Positions 49,901 to 61,972 are shown, numbered from the stretch's first letter. The stretch is 64,000 nt of DNA from Scyliorhinus canicula (GCF_902713615.1 NC_052171.1:19689952-19753951); one strand, 5' to 3'. The notes: generated by a model from the sequence alone, not told the origin. Made by a program: numbers and translations.

Positions 49901-52351
49901 GGACTCTTTGCCCTCGGACTCTTTGCCCTCGGACTCTTTGCCCTCGGAGTCTTTGCCCTCGGACTCTTTGCCCTCGGAGTCTTTGCCCTCGGAGTTTTGC
50001 CCTCGGAGTTTTGCCCTCGGAGTCTTCGCCCTCGGAGTCTTCGCCCTCGGAGTCTTCACTCTCGGACCCTTCGCCCTCGGACCCTTCGCTTTTGGAGACC
50101 CAACAGTGGGGGTCACAGCACCAGGAGAGACCTAGCGTCTGACAACCTCCAGCGCCAGCGACCCCCAGCTCCTGGAACCCGACCTCGCAGCCGGAGCGTC
50201 CCAGTACCCGGTGCACCCCAGTTCCAGGAGAGACCCAGCACCCGGAGAGCCACCGTCCGGCGACCCCCATCCCCGGCGACCCAGCGCACCCTAGAACCCG
50301 GCGAGCTCTTGGAGTCTTCACCCTTGGAGTCTTCACCCTTGGAGTCTTCACCCTTGGAGTCTTCACCCTTGGAGTCTTCACTCTCGGAGTCTTAGCCCTC
50401 GGAGTCTTAGCCCTCGGAGTCTTAGCCCTCGGAGTCTTAGCCCTCGGAGTCTTCGCCCTCGGACCCTTCGCCCTCGAAGCCATCACCGTCGGAGTCTTCG
50501 CCCTCGAAGCCATCGCCGTCGGAGTCTTCGCCCTCGGAGTCTTCGCCCTCGGACCCTTTGCCCTCGGACCCTTCGCCGTCGGACCCTTCGCCCTCGGAGT
50601 CTTTTCCCTCGGAGTCTTCTCCCTCGGAGTCTTCGCCCTCGGAGTCTTCGCCCTTCGGCCTTGAAGCCATCGCCTTCGGAGTCTTTGCCCAATTGGAGCC
50701 TTCACCCTTTGAGACTTCGCCAATTGGACCCTTGGCCCTCGGACCCATCGCCAATGGAGCCTTCGCCCAATTGGATCCTTCACCCTTGGAGACCCAGCAG
50801 TGGGGGTCTCAGCACCAGGAGAGACCAAGTGTCTGACAACCTCCGCCGACCCCCAGCTCCCGGAACCCGACCTCGCAGCCGGAGCGTCCCAGTACCCGGT
50901 GCACCCCAGTTCCAGGAGAGACCCAGCACCCGGAGAGCCACCGTCCGGCGACCCCCATCCCCGGCGACCCAGCGCGCCCTAGAACCCGGCGAGCTCTTGG
51001 AGTCTTCGCCCTCGGAGTCTTCTCCCTCGGAGTCTTCTCCCTCGGAGTCTTCTCCCTCGGACCCTTCGCCCTTGGAGCCTTCGCCCAAGTGGAGCCTTCA
51101 CCCTTTGAGACCACCAATTGGACCCTTCGCCCTCGGACCCTTCGCCCTCGGACCCTTCGCCCTTGCAGTCTTCGCCCTCGGACCTTTGGCCCTCGGACCC
51201 ATCGCCAATGGAGCCTTCGCCCAACTGGATCCTTCGCCCAATTGGATCCTTCGCCCTTGGAGACCCAGCAGTGGGGGTCTCAGCACCAGGAGATACCTAG
51301 CGTCTGACAACCTCCAGCGCCAGCGACCCCCAGCTCCCGGAACCCGACCTCGCAGCCGGAGCGTCCCAGTACCCGGTGCACCCCAGTTCCAGGAGAGACC
51401 CAGCACCCGGAGAGCCACCGTCCGGCGACCCCCATCCCCGGCAACCCCCAACCCCCGGCAACCCAGCGTGACCTAGAACCCGGTGGGCTATTGGAGTCTT
51501 CGCCCTTGGAGTCTTCGCCCTCGGAGTCTTCGTCCTCGGAGTCTTCGCCCTCGGAGTCTTCGCCCTCGGAGTCTTCGCCCTCGGCGTCTTCGCCCTCGGC
51601 GTCTTTGCCCTCGGCGTCTTTGCCCTCGGAGTCTTTGCCCTCGGAGTCTTTGCCCTCGGAGTCTTTGCCCTCGGAGTCTTTGCCCTCGGAGTCTTTGCCC
51701 TCGGAGTCTTTGCCCTCGGAGTCTTTGCCCTCGGAGTCTTTGCCCTCGGAGTCTTTGCCCTCGGAGTCTTTGCCCTCGGAGTCTTTGCCCTCGGAGTCTT
51801 TGCCCTCGGAGTCTTTGCCCTCGGAGTCTTTGCCCTCGGAGTCTTTGCCCTCGGAGTCTTTGCCCTCGGAGTCTTCGCCCTCGGAGTCTTCGCCCTCGGA
51901 GTCTTCGCCCTCGGAGTCTTCGCCCTCGGAGTCTTTGCCCTCGGAGTCTTCGCCCTCGGAGTCTTCGCCTTCTGATCCTTCGCCCTCGGACCCTTTGCCC
52001 AATTGGATCCTTCACCCTTGGAGACCCAGCAGCCGGGGTCTCAGCGCCAGGAGAGACCCAGCGTCTGACGACCTCCAGCGCCGGCGACTCCCAGCTCCTG
52101 GAACCCGATCTCGCACCCGGAGTGTCCCAGTACCTGGTGCAACCCTGTAGCATGAGAGATCCAGCACCCGGAGAGCCACTGTCCGGCGACCCCCAACTCC
52201 TGGCGACCAAATGCACCGTAGAACCCGGCGAGCCCTTGGAGCCTTCGCCCAATTGAAGCCTTCGCCCAAATGGAGCCTTCGCCCAATTGGAGACTTGTTT
52301 TCTCTCCCCTATGTGTGTGATCCACATGTCCTTGATATTCATGTTACTCAC

Positions 52352-52409
52352 AGTCTGCGACAAATTGGTGAAATGCTTCCTCTCACACATCCAGACACCA
52401 GTCTTGTAC
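52352..52409 (-). other. Candidate 58-bp exon of an unidentified minus-strand transcript (contains ATG at 52390)
   Basis: Branch-like cttaac, pyrimidine tract and GAG acceptor; donor ACT|GTGAGT; reads MCERKHFTNLSQT. Confidence 0.4.
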
Positions 52410-52908
52410 CTCGGAAGAGGAGAATAAATAAGTTAAGAATCATTGGATTATGAGAGAACTTCAGACATTTTCCAGCTCCCCTTGGTACAATTAACTATCG
52501 TCATGGCCCAGTTGATTTTCAGAAAATTCAAGGTTTTATATTGAAGTCATACCTCCTTGACAGAAAGGAGGCGGGGTTTTGGGAGGGGGGATGCGCATTG
52601 CTGGGTGGTTTCTGGTGAAGTAACTAGTTTCCAGTAAATGATTATGTGACCAGTTTACCTGGGAAAGCAACAACTCAATAGCAAATGATGGACAATGGGT
52701 TAATCAGGAGAGAGTAAATTGAGGGTGTTATTCTGTTTGGGACTGGCACTTTCAAATAGGATTCTACGTGTTGACCAAAGGGGTTAAACATCTTGTGAAC
52801 TCAACCAGTATTTCTCAGCCCCCCCCCCCCCGCCCGAGACCCACTTTTATCAACCAGCTGACCTTCGGGTCACCCACGTCAGCCAGCCGACACGCCATTG
52901 GTTCTTAC

Positions 52909-53012
52909 CTTTGTGACAGGTGAGCCTGCTTGGGTCCTCACAGGCTCACAGCGGGCACTGCTTAGTCCTGCTGTGGACTCTCCTGAGCAGCTCTCTCTGG
53001 CAGATTTAATAT
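52909..53012 (-). promoter_or_regulatory. Candidate TATA-like box (ATATTAAA, 53005-53012) and non-coding first exon ending at 52909
   Basis: Strong donor AAG|GTAAGA at 52909/52908; no ATG in the exon. Confidence 0.4.
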
Positions 53013-53114
53013 GTGAGATCCTGGCCTGTTTGTGTCCCTGGCCCTCTCCTTCCTCCTTTGCAAACGATCCACTTTAACGTCTTCAGTCGTGTTGACGCTT
53101 GCTTGCTGACACAG

Positions 53115-53285
53115 CTGCAAGATGGAAGAATCTCCCGACTGCGATATTGCGCCCGGAAAGCACGTGACGTGCTCTCTGCCGTCGCTTTTGGCGGGAAGAC
53201 GCCATCAATTTTTTAAAAATAAATCATCGGTGGGGCCCTCGAAAATGACTGGAGGCCAGACCAGGGGCCCACCAATCAGCGGGCT
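53115..53285. promoter_or_regulatory. CpG-rich promoter-like motif cluster
   Basis: CCGGAA (ETS), overlapping CACGTG/TGACGT at 53161-53170, TTTTGGCGGGAA (E2F) at 53186, TTTAAA, CCAATCAG at 53272. Confidence 0.5.
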
Positions 53286-53942
53286 AAATATCTAACGTGA
53301 TGTATCCGAGGATGGCAGAAGGCCTGGGGGTGGGGGGGGGGGGGGGGGGGGGGGGGGCGTCAATTGGGTGTAGAATGAAATTTGATTTAAATTCAGTTTA
53401 GATGATAATTAACGCTATGCATTCCACTGTGAATATTTTTCAGTGAGGGTGCAGTTAGATTTGTGTTCACCTTTGTTGACTTCTTTAGTTTAAACTGTGA
53501 ATCTTGTGGCTTCGTCTGTCAATAAATCCCTGGATTTTCCGATTCCAAAACAAAGTGGCGAAAAGGGGTGAGAGCCCTCTCTTTGTTTTGACAGCACAGT
53601 GGTTAGCACTGTAGCTTCACAGCTCCAGGGTCCCAGGTTCGATTCCCAGCTTGGGTCACTGTCTGTGCGGAGTCTGCACGTCCTCCCTGTGTCTGCGTGG
53701 GCTTCCTCCGGGTTCCTCCCACAAGTCCCAGAGGACGTGCTGTTGGGTGAATTGGACAATCTGAATTCTCCCTCCGTGTACCCCATGAGCTCGTCCAATC
53801 TCAACGTCTTCTCCTTCTAGTCCCTCCCACTCCTGCCGGCATTGTCCCGTCCACACCTGTCATCCCAATGAGGGAGGATGTGGCTCAGGGAAATCGGCCT
53901 CAGGCTGCCTCTGGCTTCAGTCTGCAGGAGTGAACATTGATT

Positions 53943-56900
53943 GAACATAGAACATAGAACGATACAGCGCAGTACAGGCCCTTCGGCCCTCGATGTTGCA
54001 CCGCCATGGAAAAAAAACTAAAGGCCATCTAACCTACACTATGCCCTTATCATCCATATGCTTATCCAATAAACTTTTAAATGCCCTCAATGTTGGCGAG
54101 TTCACTACTGTTGCAGGTAGGGCATTCCACGGCCTCACCACTCTTTGCGTAAAAAACCCACCTCTGACCTCTGTCCTATATCTATTACCCCTCAATTTAA
54201 GGCTATGTCCCCTCGTGCTAGCCACCTCCATCCGCGGGAGAAGGCTCTCGCTGTCCACCCTATCTAACCCTCTGATCATTTTGTATGCCTCTATTAGGTC
54301 ACCTCTTAACCTTCTTCTCTCTAACGAAAACAACCTCAAGTCCATCAGCCTTTCCTCATAAGATTTTCCCTCCATACCAGGCAACATCCTGGTAAATCTC
54401 CTCTGCACCCGTTCCAAAGCTTCCACGTCCTTCCTATAATGAGGCGACCAGAACTGTACGCAATACTCCAAATGCGGCCGTACTAGAGTTTTATACAACT
54501 GCAACATGACCTCATGGCTCCGGAACTCAATCCCTCTACCAATAAAGGCCAACACACCATAGGCCTTCTTCACAACCCTATCAACCTGGGTGGCAACTTT
54601 CAGGGATCTATGTACATGGACACCGAGATCCCTCTGCTCATCCACACTACCAAGAATTTTACCATTAGCCAAATATTCCGCATTCCTGTTATTCTTTCCA
54701 AAGTGAATCACCTCACACTTCTCCACATTAAACTCCATTTGCCACCTCTCAGCCCAGCTCTGCAGCTTATCTATGTCCCTCTGTAACCTGCAACATCCTT
54801 CCGCACTGTCTACAACTCCACCGACTTTAGTGTCGTCTGCAAATTTACTCACCCATCCTTCTGCGCCCTCCTCTAGGTCATTTATAAAAATGACAAACAG
54901 CAACAGCCCCAGAACAGATCCTTGTGGTACGCCACTCGTAACTGAACTCCATTCTGAACATTTCCCATCAACTACCACTCTCTGTCTTCTTTCAACTAGC
55001 CAATTTCTGATCCACATCTCTAAATCACCCTCAATCCCCAGCCTCCGTATTTTCTGCAATAGCCGACCGTGGGGAACCTTATCAAACGCTTTACTGAAAT
55101 CCATATACACCACATCAACTGCTCTACCCTCGTCTACCTGTTCAGTCACCTTCTCAAAGAACTCGATAAGGTTTGTGAGGCATGACTTACCCTTCACAAA
55201 ACCATGCTGACTATCCCTAATCATATTATTCCTATCTAGATGATTATAAATCGTATCTTTTATAATCCTCTCCAAGACTTTACCCACCACAGACGTTAGG
55301 CTCACCGGCCTATAGTTACCGGGGTTATCTCTACTCCTTCTTGAACAAAGGGACCACATTTGCTATCCTCCAGTCCTCTGGCACTATTCCTGTAGCCAAT
55401 GATGACCTAAAAATCAAAGCCAAAGGCTCAGCAATCTCTTCCCTGGCTTCCCAGAGAATCCTAGGATAAATCCCATCAGGCCCCGGGGAAATATCTATTT
55501 TCACCTTGTCCAGAATTGCCAACACTTCTTCCCTACGCACCTCAATGCCATCTATTCTAATAGCCTGGGTCTCAGCATTTTCCTCCACAATATTATCTTT
55601 TTCTTGAGTGAATACTGACGAAAAGTATTCATTTAGTATCTCGCTTATCTCCTCAGCCTCCACACACAACTTCCCACCACTGTCCTTGACTGGCCCTACT
55701 CTTACCCTAGTCATTCTTTTATTCCTGACATACCTATAGAAAGCTTTTGGGTTTTCCTTGATCCTACCTGCCAAAGACTTCTCATGTCCCCTCCTTGCTC
55801 GTCTCAGCTCTCTCTTTAGATCCTTCCTCGCTTCCTTGTAACTATCAAGCGCCCCAACTGAAACTTCACACCTCATCTTCACATAGGCCTCCTTCTTCCT
55901 CTTAACAAGAGATTCCACTTCTTTGGTAAACCACGGTTCCCTCGCTCGACCCCTTCCTCCCTGCCTGACTGGTACGTACTTATCAAGAACATGCAATAGC
56001 TGTTCCTTGAACAAGCTCCACATATCCAGTGTGCCCAACCCTTGCAGCCTACTTCTCCAACCTACACATCCTAAGTCATGTCTAATGGCATCATAATTGC
56101 CCTTCCCCCAGCTATAACTCTTGCCCTGCGGGGTATACTTATCCCTTTCCATCACTAACGTAAAGGTCACCGAATTGTGGTCACTGTTTCCAAAGTGCTC
56201 ACCTACCTCCAGATCTAACACCTGGCCTGGTTCATTACCCAAAACCAAATCCAATGTGGCCTCGCCTCTTGTTGGCCTGTCAACATATTGTGTCAGGAAA
56301 CCCTCCTGCACACATTGTACAAAGAACGACCCATCTAATGTACTCGAACTATATCTTTTCCAGTCAATATTTGGAAAGTTAAAGTCTCCCATAACAACTA
56401 CCCTGTTACTTTCGCTCTTTTCCAGAATCATCTTCGCCATCCTTTCCTCTACATCCCTAGAACTATTAGGTGGCCTATAGAAAACTCCCAGCAGTGTGAC
56501 CTCTCCTTTCCTGTTTCTAACCTCAGCCCATACTACCTCGGAAGAAGAGTCCCCATCTAGCCTCCTTTCCGCCACCGTAATACTGTCCTTGACTAGCAGC
56601 GCCACACCTCCCCCTCTTTTGCCCCCTTCTCTGAGCTTACTAAAACACCTAAACCCCGGAACCTGCAACAACCATTCCTGTCCCTGCTCTATCCATGTCT
56701 CTGAAATGGCCACAACATCGAAGTCCCAGGTACCAACCCATGCTGCCAGTTCCCCTACCTTATTTCGTATACTCCTGGCATTGAAGTAGACACACTTCAA
56801 ACCACCTACCTGAACACTGGCACCCTCCTGCGAAGTCAAATCTGTGCTCCTGACCTCTATACTCTCAATCTCCCGTACCCCAAAACTACAATCCAGGTTC

Positions 56901-57175
56901 CCATGCCCCTGCTGAATTAGTTTAAACCCCCCCCCCCCCCCCCCCAAAGAGCACTAATAAATCTCCCCCCCAGGATATTGGTGCCCCTCAGGTTCAGATG
57001 TAGACCATCCTGTCTATAGAGGTCCCACCTTCCCCAGAAAGAGCCCCAGTTATCCAGAAATCTGAATCCCTCCCGCCTGCACCATCCCTGTAGCCACGTG
57101 TTTAATTGCTCTCTCTCCCTATTCCTCATCTCACTATCACGTGGCACGGGCAACAACCCAGAGATAACAACTCTG
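53943..57175 (-). mobile_element. Young 5'-truncated CR1-clade LINE (HER1-like): ORF1 C-terminus, ORF2 EN+RT, 3' UTR and ctatgtt tail
   Basis: ORF1 SGNH-esterase end (DGLHLN, 56917-57156); APE endonuclease (YFNARS, ISETW, MGDFN, SDHN); RT (NYRPVSLTS, GVPQGSVLG, KFADDTK); a single break near 55335. Confidence 0.96.
54034..56900 (-). pseudogene. CR1 ORF2 (endonuclease-reverse transcriptase) split by one frameshift
   Basis: ORFs 55331-56947 and 54034-55359 join as PLFKK[G]SRDNPGNYRP if two G bases are restored. Confidence 0.9.
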
Positions 57176-57318
57176 CTTTGTTAATGTGGTGGATGGTGTT
57201 GCGCCAGACTCTGTCTTTCACAGGGACTGATACAAACCGGATCAAACAAACCTTCCACAGCAACATCTTGCCCATTCTCAGCTGTTTGATGATGTCTCCA
57301 TTCCACCTCCTCCCATCA

Positions 57319-57595
57319 CAAAGTGAAGCTGTTTCGATCTTCTCTCTGTCCACCTTCGCCCCGGGACAGAGCAGCCAGTTAGACAGTCAGTACAGTGAGC
57401 TGGTCTTCACTCTGACTGATCGCACAGCCTCCCCTTCGCCTCAAATTAACCCACTTCACAAACCCATGACGTCTGATCTCACTGTGATGTCCAGGCTCAG
57501 GGTCACACTTGTTCTGTGAGGTCACGGCTTGACCTGCCCAGGTCAAGGGTCAAACAGGGAGTCGCAAAAACCCTCAGAGTTTACTGAGGTTACAA
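57319..57595. repeat. Local duplication, copy 1 (about 270 bp, contains a nuclear-receptor half-site cluster)
   Basis: Near-identical to 58495-58765. Confidence 0.92.
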
Positions 57596-58494
57596 TTGGC
57601 TGCTGATCTAAAATGTTCCAACCAGTTTGTAGTTGGTTGTGACAGAGAATAGGCTGCGGCTTCACAGTACCGAGGTCCCAGGTTCGATCCCGGCTCTGGG
57701 TCACCGTCCGTGTGGAGTTTGCACATTCTCCCCGTGTCTGCGTGGGTTTCACCCCCACAACCTAAAAAGATGTGCCGGGTAGGAGGATTGGCCACGCTAA
57801 AATTGCCCCTTAATTGGAAAAAAAATGAATTGGGTACTCGAAATGTAAAATAAACAGTGGAAAATAATTTACAGATATGGAGTGAGCATCGAGGGCTGGG
57901 AGGAACCCTCAGTGAGGGATGTGAGAGGATCAGTCACCATCATTAACCAGCCTCCAGTTTCCAGACTGCCAACGGAGCAATGGCACAGGGGGGTCTATCA
58001 ATTACTGAATGAACTGTAATAAACACGGTAGCATTGTGGATAGCACAATCGCTTCACAGCTCCAGGGTCCCAGGTTCGGTTCCCGGCTGGGTCACTGTCT
58101 GTGCGGAGTCTGCACGTCCTCCCCGTGTGTGCGTGGGTTTCCTCCATGTGCTCCGGTTTCCTCCCACAGTCCAAAGATGTGCAGGTTAGGTGGATTGGCC
58201 ATGCTAAATTGCCCTTAGTGTTGGGTGGGGTTACTGGGTTATGGGGATAAGGTGGAGGTGTTAACCTTGGGTAGGGTGCTCTTTCCAGGAGCCGGTGCAG
58301 ACTCGATGGGCCGAATGGCCTCCTTCTGCACTGTAAATTCTATGATCTATGATCTATGATCTAAAAACCACCAATATTATTTCGCTTGTCTGACTTGAAC
58401 AAATGAAATGTAAAATGAACAATTATTGACCAACCTTTCAAACCTCTCAATCTTTTATCTGATCAGCAGACTGATGGATGTTTGCTCTCTCTTG

Positions 58495-58765
58495 CAAAGT
58501 GAAGCTGTTTCGATCTTCTCTCTCTCCACCTTCGCTCTGGGACAGAGCAGCCAGTTAGACAGTCAGTACAGTGAGCTGGTCTTCACTCTGACTGATCGCA
58601 CAGCCTCCCCTTCGCCTCAAATTAACCCACTTCACCAACCCATTGTGACGTCTGATCGCACTGTGACGTCCAGGCTCAGGGTCACACTTGTTCTGTGAGG
58701 TCACGGTTTGACCTGCCCAGGTCAAGGGTCAAACAGCGGGTGGCAAAAAGTTGACTGAGGTGACA
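58495..58765. repeat. Local duplication, copy 2
   Basis: Near-identical to 57319-57595. Confidence 0.92.
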
Positions 58766-59119
58766 GAAATTGGATGTTGTGGAAAGCACTAACCGTTCCC
58801 CAGTCTCTGAAATCTGCTTATTTTGACATGTCTCTGGGATGCAGCAGTTACTGTGACAAGCAGATGAGGTGGGCAAACTGGCTCCCCTTTAATTCGGCCT
58901 CCTCGTACGTCGCAACTAAGGTTTTGACATTACTTTTCCCCATTAGATCCCTTAACCAAACTGTCTTTACTTCCTGACAAGGAACTAAACAAAGTAGGTA
59001 TTCTTCAGTCGTAGGTTTAATTGCTACTCAACGTGAGGGAAATAATAAAAGATGACGCACAGAGGCACACACACACACACACGAAAGGCAAGAGATTATC
59101 CGATTAGGACCTCAGAAGG

Positions 59120-60850
59120 TGGGGTGCGCTGCAGTTGACGTTGGCGGGAAGGGTGCAGCCGGTGAAGATGAATGTGCTGCCGAGCTTCCTGTTTGTTTTT
59201 CAGTCCCTCACCATTTATCTCCCGGGATATGGGGGCGCTGGCCTAGGAATTCTTTTGGACGGAGAAGGCGCCGAGGGTGGGGAGTGGATGTGGTCGGAGG
59301 TGGAGTCTTAAAGGGCTCTGGTTTGCGGGCTGTGGTGAAGGCCCCGTTGCCGTTGGCCCCGAGGAAGTGTAGGGGAATCCAGTGGTGGAGTCGACTATTA
59401 AGAATCAGCTGAGGAGACATTTTAAATTGGACCAGATGTCGGTTTTGACGCCACTGTGTGGAAACCATAGGTTTATGATTTTTTTAGGGGGAGGGTTGGA
59501 TTTAGATTTATTGTCACATGTACCGAGGTAAAGTGAAAAGTATTGTTCTGTGTCCAGTCCAGGCAGATCATTCCATACATGAAAAAACATAGGACAGACG
59601 ATAAATACACAATGTAAACACATAGACATGGGGTGAAGCATACTCAGCAGGGAAGATGTGTGAAGAGATCAGTTCAGTCCATAAGAGGGTCGTTTAGGAG
59701 TCTGGTAACAGCGGGGAAGAAGCTGTTTTTGAGTCTGTTCGTGCGTGTTCTCAGACTTCTGTATCTCCTGCCCGATGGAAGAAGTTGGAAGAGTGAGTAG
59801 GCCGGGTGGGAGGGATCCTTGATTATGCTGCCCGCTATCCCCAGGCAGCGGGAGGTGTAGATTGAATCAATGGATGGGAGGCAGGTTTGTGTGACGGACT
59901 GGGCTGTGTTCACGACTCTCTGAAGTTCCTTGCGGTCCTGGGCCGTGCAGTTGCCATACCAGGCTGTGATGCAGCCCGATAGGATGCTTTCTATGGTGCA
60001 TCTGTAAAAGTTGGACAGGGTCAATGTGGACATGCCCAATTTCCTTAGTGAGTTTAGGTGCTGGCAGGTGTGGACTTGGCACGAATGGAATGACCTAAAT
60101 CCCCCCCCCCCCAGCTCCTGGATGACACGCTGCTGGAGAAAATGCTGCTCGCAGATGAGTGCGGAAGGGCAGGATCGTGGATATGTATGGGTGATTGGGA
60201 GAGCAGGGCAAGGCATTTGGGAAAGGGACGAAGCGGATGTGGGAGGGGGTGTTGGGGACGGAGATAGGGTGGGGACTCTGGTGTGAGGCAGAATGAACTT
60301 GATTCAGTTTAAAGTGGTGCACGGGGTCCACATGACTCCGGCTCAGAAGTGGGTCTTCCCGGGTACCACAGATGGTGTGTGGGAAATGTGAGTGGGTGGG
60401 TGGGGGGGGGGGGGGGGGGGGGGTGAATCATGTTCACATGTTTTGGGCATGCGAGAGGTTGGAGAGCTCCTGGACGGTGGTGTTTGATACCCTATCGAGG
60501 ATAATGGGAGTTGAGGTGGACACGGACCCAAAAGGTGGCGATCTTCGGGGTCTCGGAGGTGCTGGAGCTGCTGGAGGGGGAGGTGGGCCGATGTGGCCTC
60601 TCTGACTGTGCGGCGACAGATTCTTTTGAATTGGAGGTCGGCCCCGCCCCCCCCGAGGGGTCGCGACACAGCTGGGGAGACACGTACGAGTTCCTCCGCT
60701 GGGGAAAAGATCAGATTTGCCTTAAAGTGGGGTCAGAAGAGGGCCTTGATGTCTGGTGGAGGCCATTCATGATGATATTTGAGGAGCTGTTCGTCACAGG
60801 GAGGGAGGGGGGGGGGGGGTGAAGGGATTAAAAGGGGCAAAATGTACAAA
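59120..60850 (+). mobile_element. Degenerate L1-clade ORF2 C-terminal region interrupted by a Rex1/Babar fragment
   Basis: VKMNVLP.FLFVFQSL, LIQFKVVH.VHMT and NHVHMFWAC remnants. Confidence 0.75.
59497..60057 (-). mobile_element. Rex1/Babar LINE 3' fragment
   Basis: FYRCTIESILSGCITAWYGNC...IIKDPSHP...LLPSGRRYRS...TNRLKNSFFP; ends gtgacaataaatctaaatc. Confidence 0.88.
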
Positions 60851-61972
60851 CTGTAAACGTTGCCCTTTTGGGATGTTGTGTTGTTTTTGTTTGCGTTTGG
60901 AACAGAATAGATTTTCACAAACAAAATCACAACTCCTGACCGATGAGGATTCATGGGAAATTTGACAAGTCCGTCTGGCCCCAAATGGTTTTCCGGTGAC
61001 TCTATTGTCTTGTTCAGTCACATCAACATCAGACGATGAGAAACGAGATACCTGCATTTACAATTTGAAGAAGTGAAGCATTAAATACATAATCAGACAT
61101 CTAACGGCTTGCTCGGGCAGATTTCATCCGTGTCCTTGAAAAGAATCTCGGGCAGAGATAGCAGAGGTATTCTCACACATTTGTAACCATTTGAGATGGT
61201 TGCTGGATAGCCCATAAGATGCCTGGGTTTAGAAAGGAGTTTGACGGACCCAGGGGGCGACAGACGGATCAACTGATCAACTTCCCTGGTGGGAGGAACA
61301 ATCATGGGATCCCAACTGAAGGAGAAGAGCATCCAGCGACAAAAAATACAATGCTGCTGCCTCACGCTACCCAAGTCCTGGGTTCGAATCCCGGCCCCGG
61401 GTCACTGTCCGTGTGGAGTTTGCACATTCTCCCCGTGCCTGCGTGGGCCTCACCCCCACAACCTAGAGCTGTGCAGGGTAAGTGGATTGGCCAATGCTAA
61501 ATTGCCCCTTCATTGGGAAAAAAAAAAGAACTGGGTCCTCTAAATTTATTTTTAGATTTAGAATTTAGAACAGTACAGCACAGAACAGGCCCTTCGGCCC
61601 TCGACGTTGTGCCGAGCCATGATCACCCTACTCAAACCCACGTATCCACCCTATACCCGTAACCCAACAACCCCCCCTTAACCTTACTTTTTAGGACACT
61701 ACGGGCAATTTAGCATGGCCAATCCACCTAACCCGCACATCTTTGGACTGTGGGAGGAAACCGGAGCACCCGGAGGAAACCCACGCACACACGGGGAGGA
61801 CGTGCAGACTCCACACAGACAGTGACCCAGCCGGGAACCGAACCTGGGACCCTGGAGCTGTGAAGCATTGATGCTAACCACTATGCTACCGTGCTGCCCA
61901 CAGACAAAGTTCGGAGCTATTCGCCAGTCAATGGCTTGTGGGGGGAGTTGAGCAAACATTGCTAATCACAGT

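Larger units (their letters stand above)
34515..52296. repeat. Composite tandem array of about 17.8 kb (17-bp units, 15-bp units, 12 x ~215-bp modules, 3 SINE copies)
   Basis: 17-mers ttggagccttcgcccaa/gtggagcctttgcccaa at 34515-35650 and at the right end; 15-mer gagtcttcgccctcg and variants elsewhere; modules start near 35822, 39531, 40391, 43161, 43712, 44905, 48305, 48859, 50092, 50786, 51257 and 52018. Confidence 0.97.

Noticed and set aside
34612-51476. 1000-1500-aa ORFs in the array as mucin, phosphophoryn, collagen-like or membrane proteins
   Set aside because: The 15-bp unit lacks stops in every frame, so long ORFs are automatic. Frames switch at short units, SINEs interrupt them, and there is no signal peptide or domain.
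35822-52238. Modules separated by variable blocks as a CRISPR-like array
   Set aside because: Vertebrate DNA; the intervening blocks are tandem repeats rather than unique spacers; no cas genes.
57455-57490. V(D)J recombination signal (CACTGTG)
   Set aside because: No matching nonamer at the expected spacing and no V/J segments.
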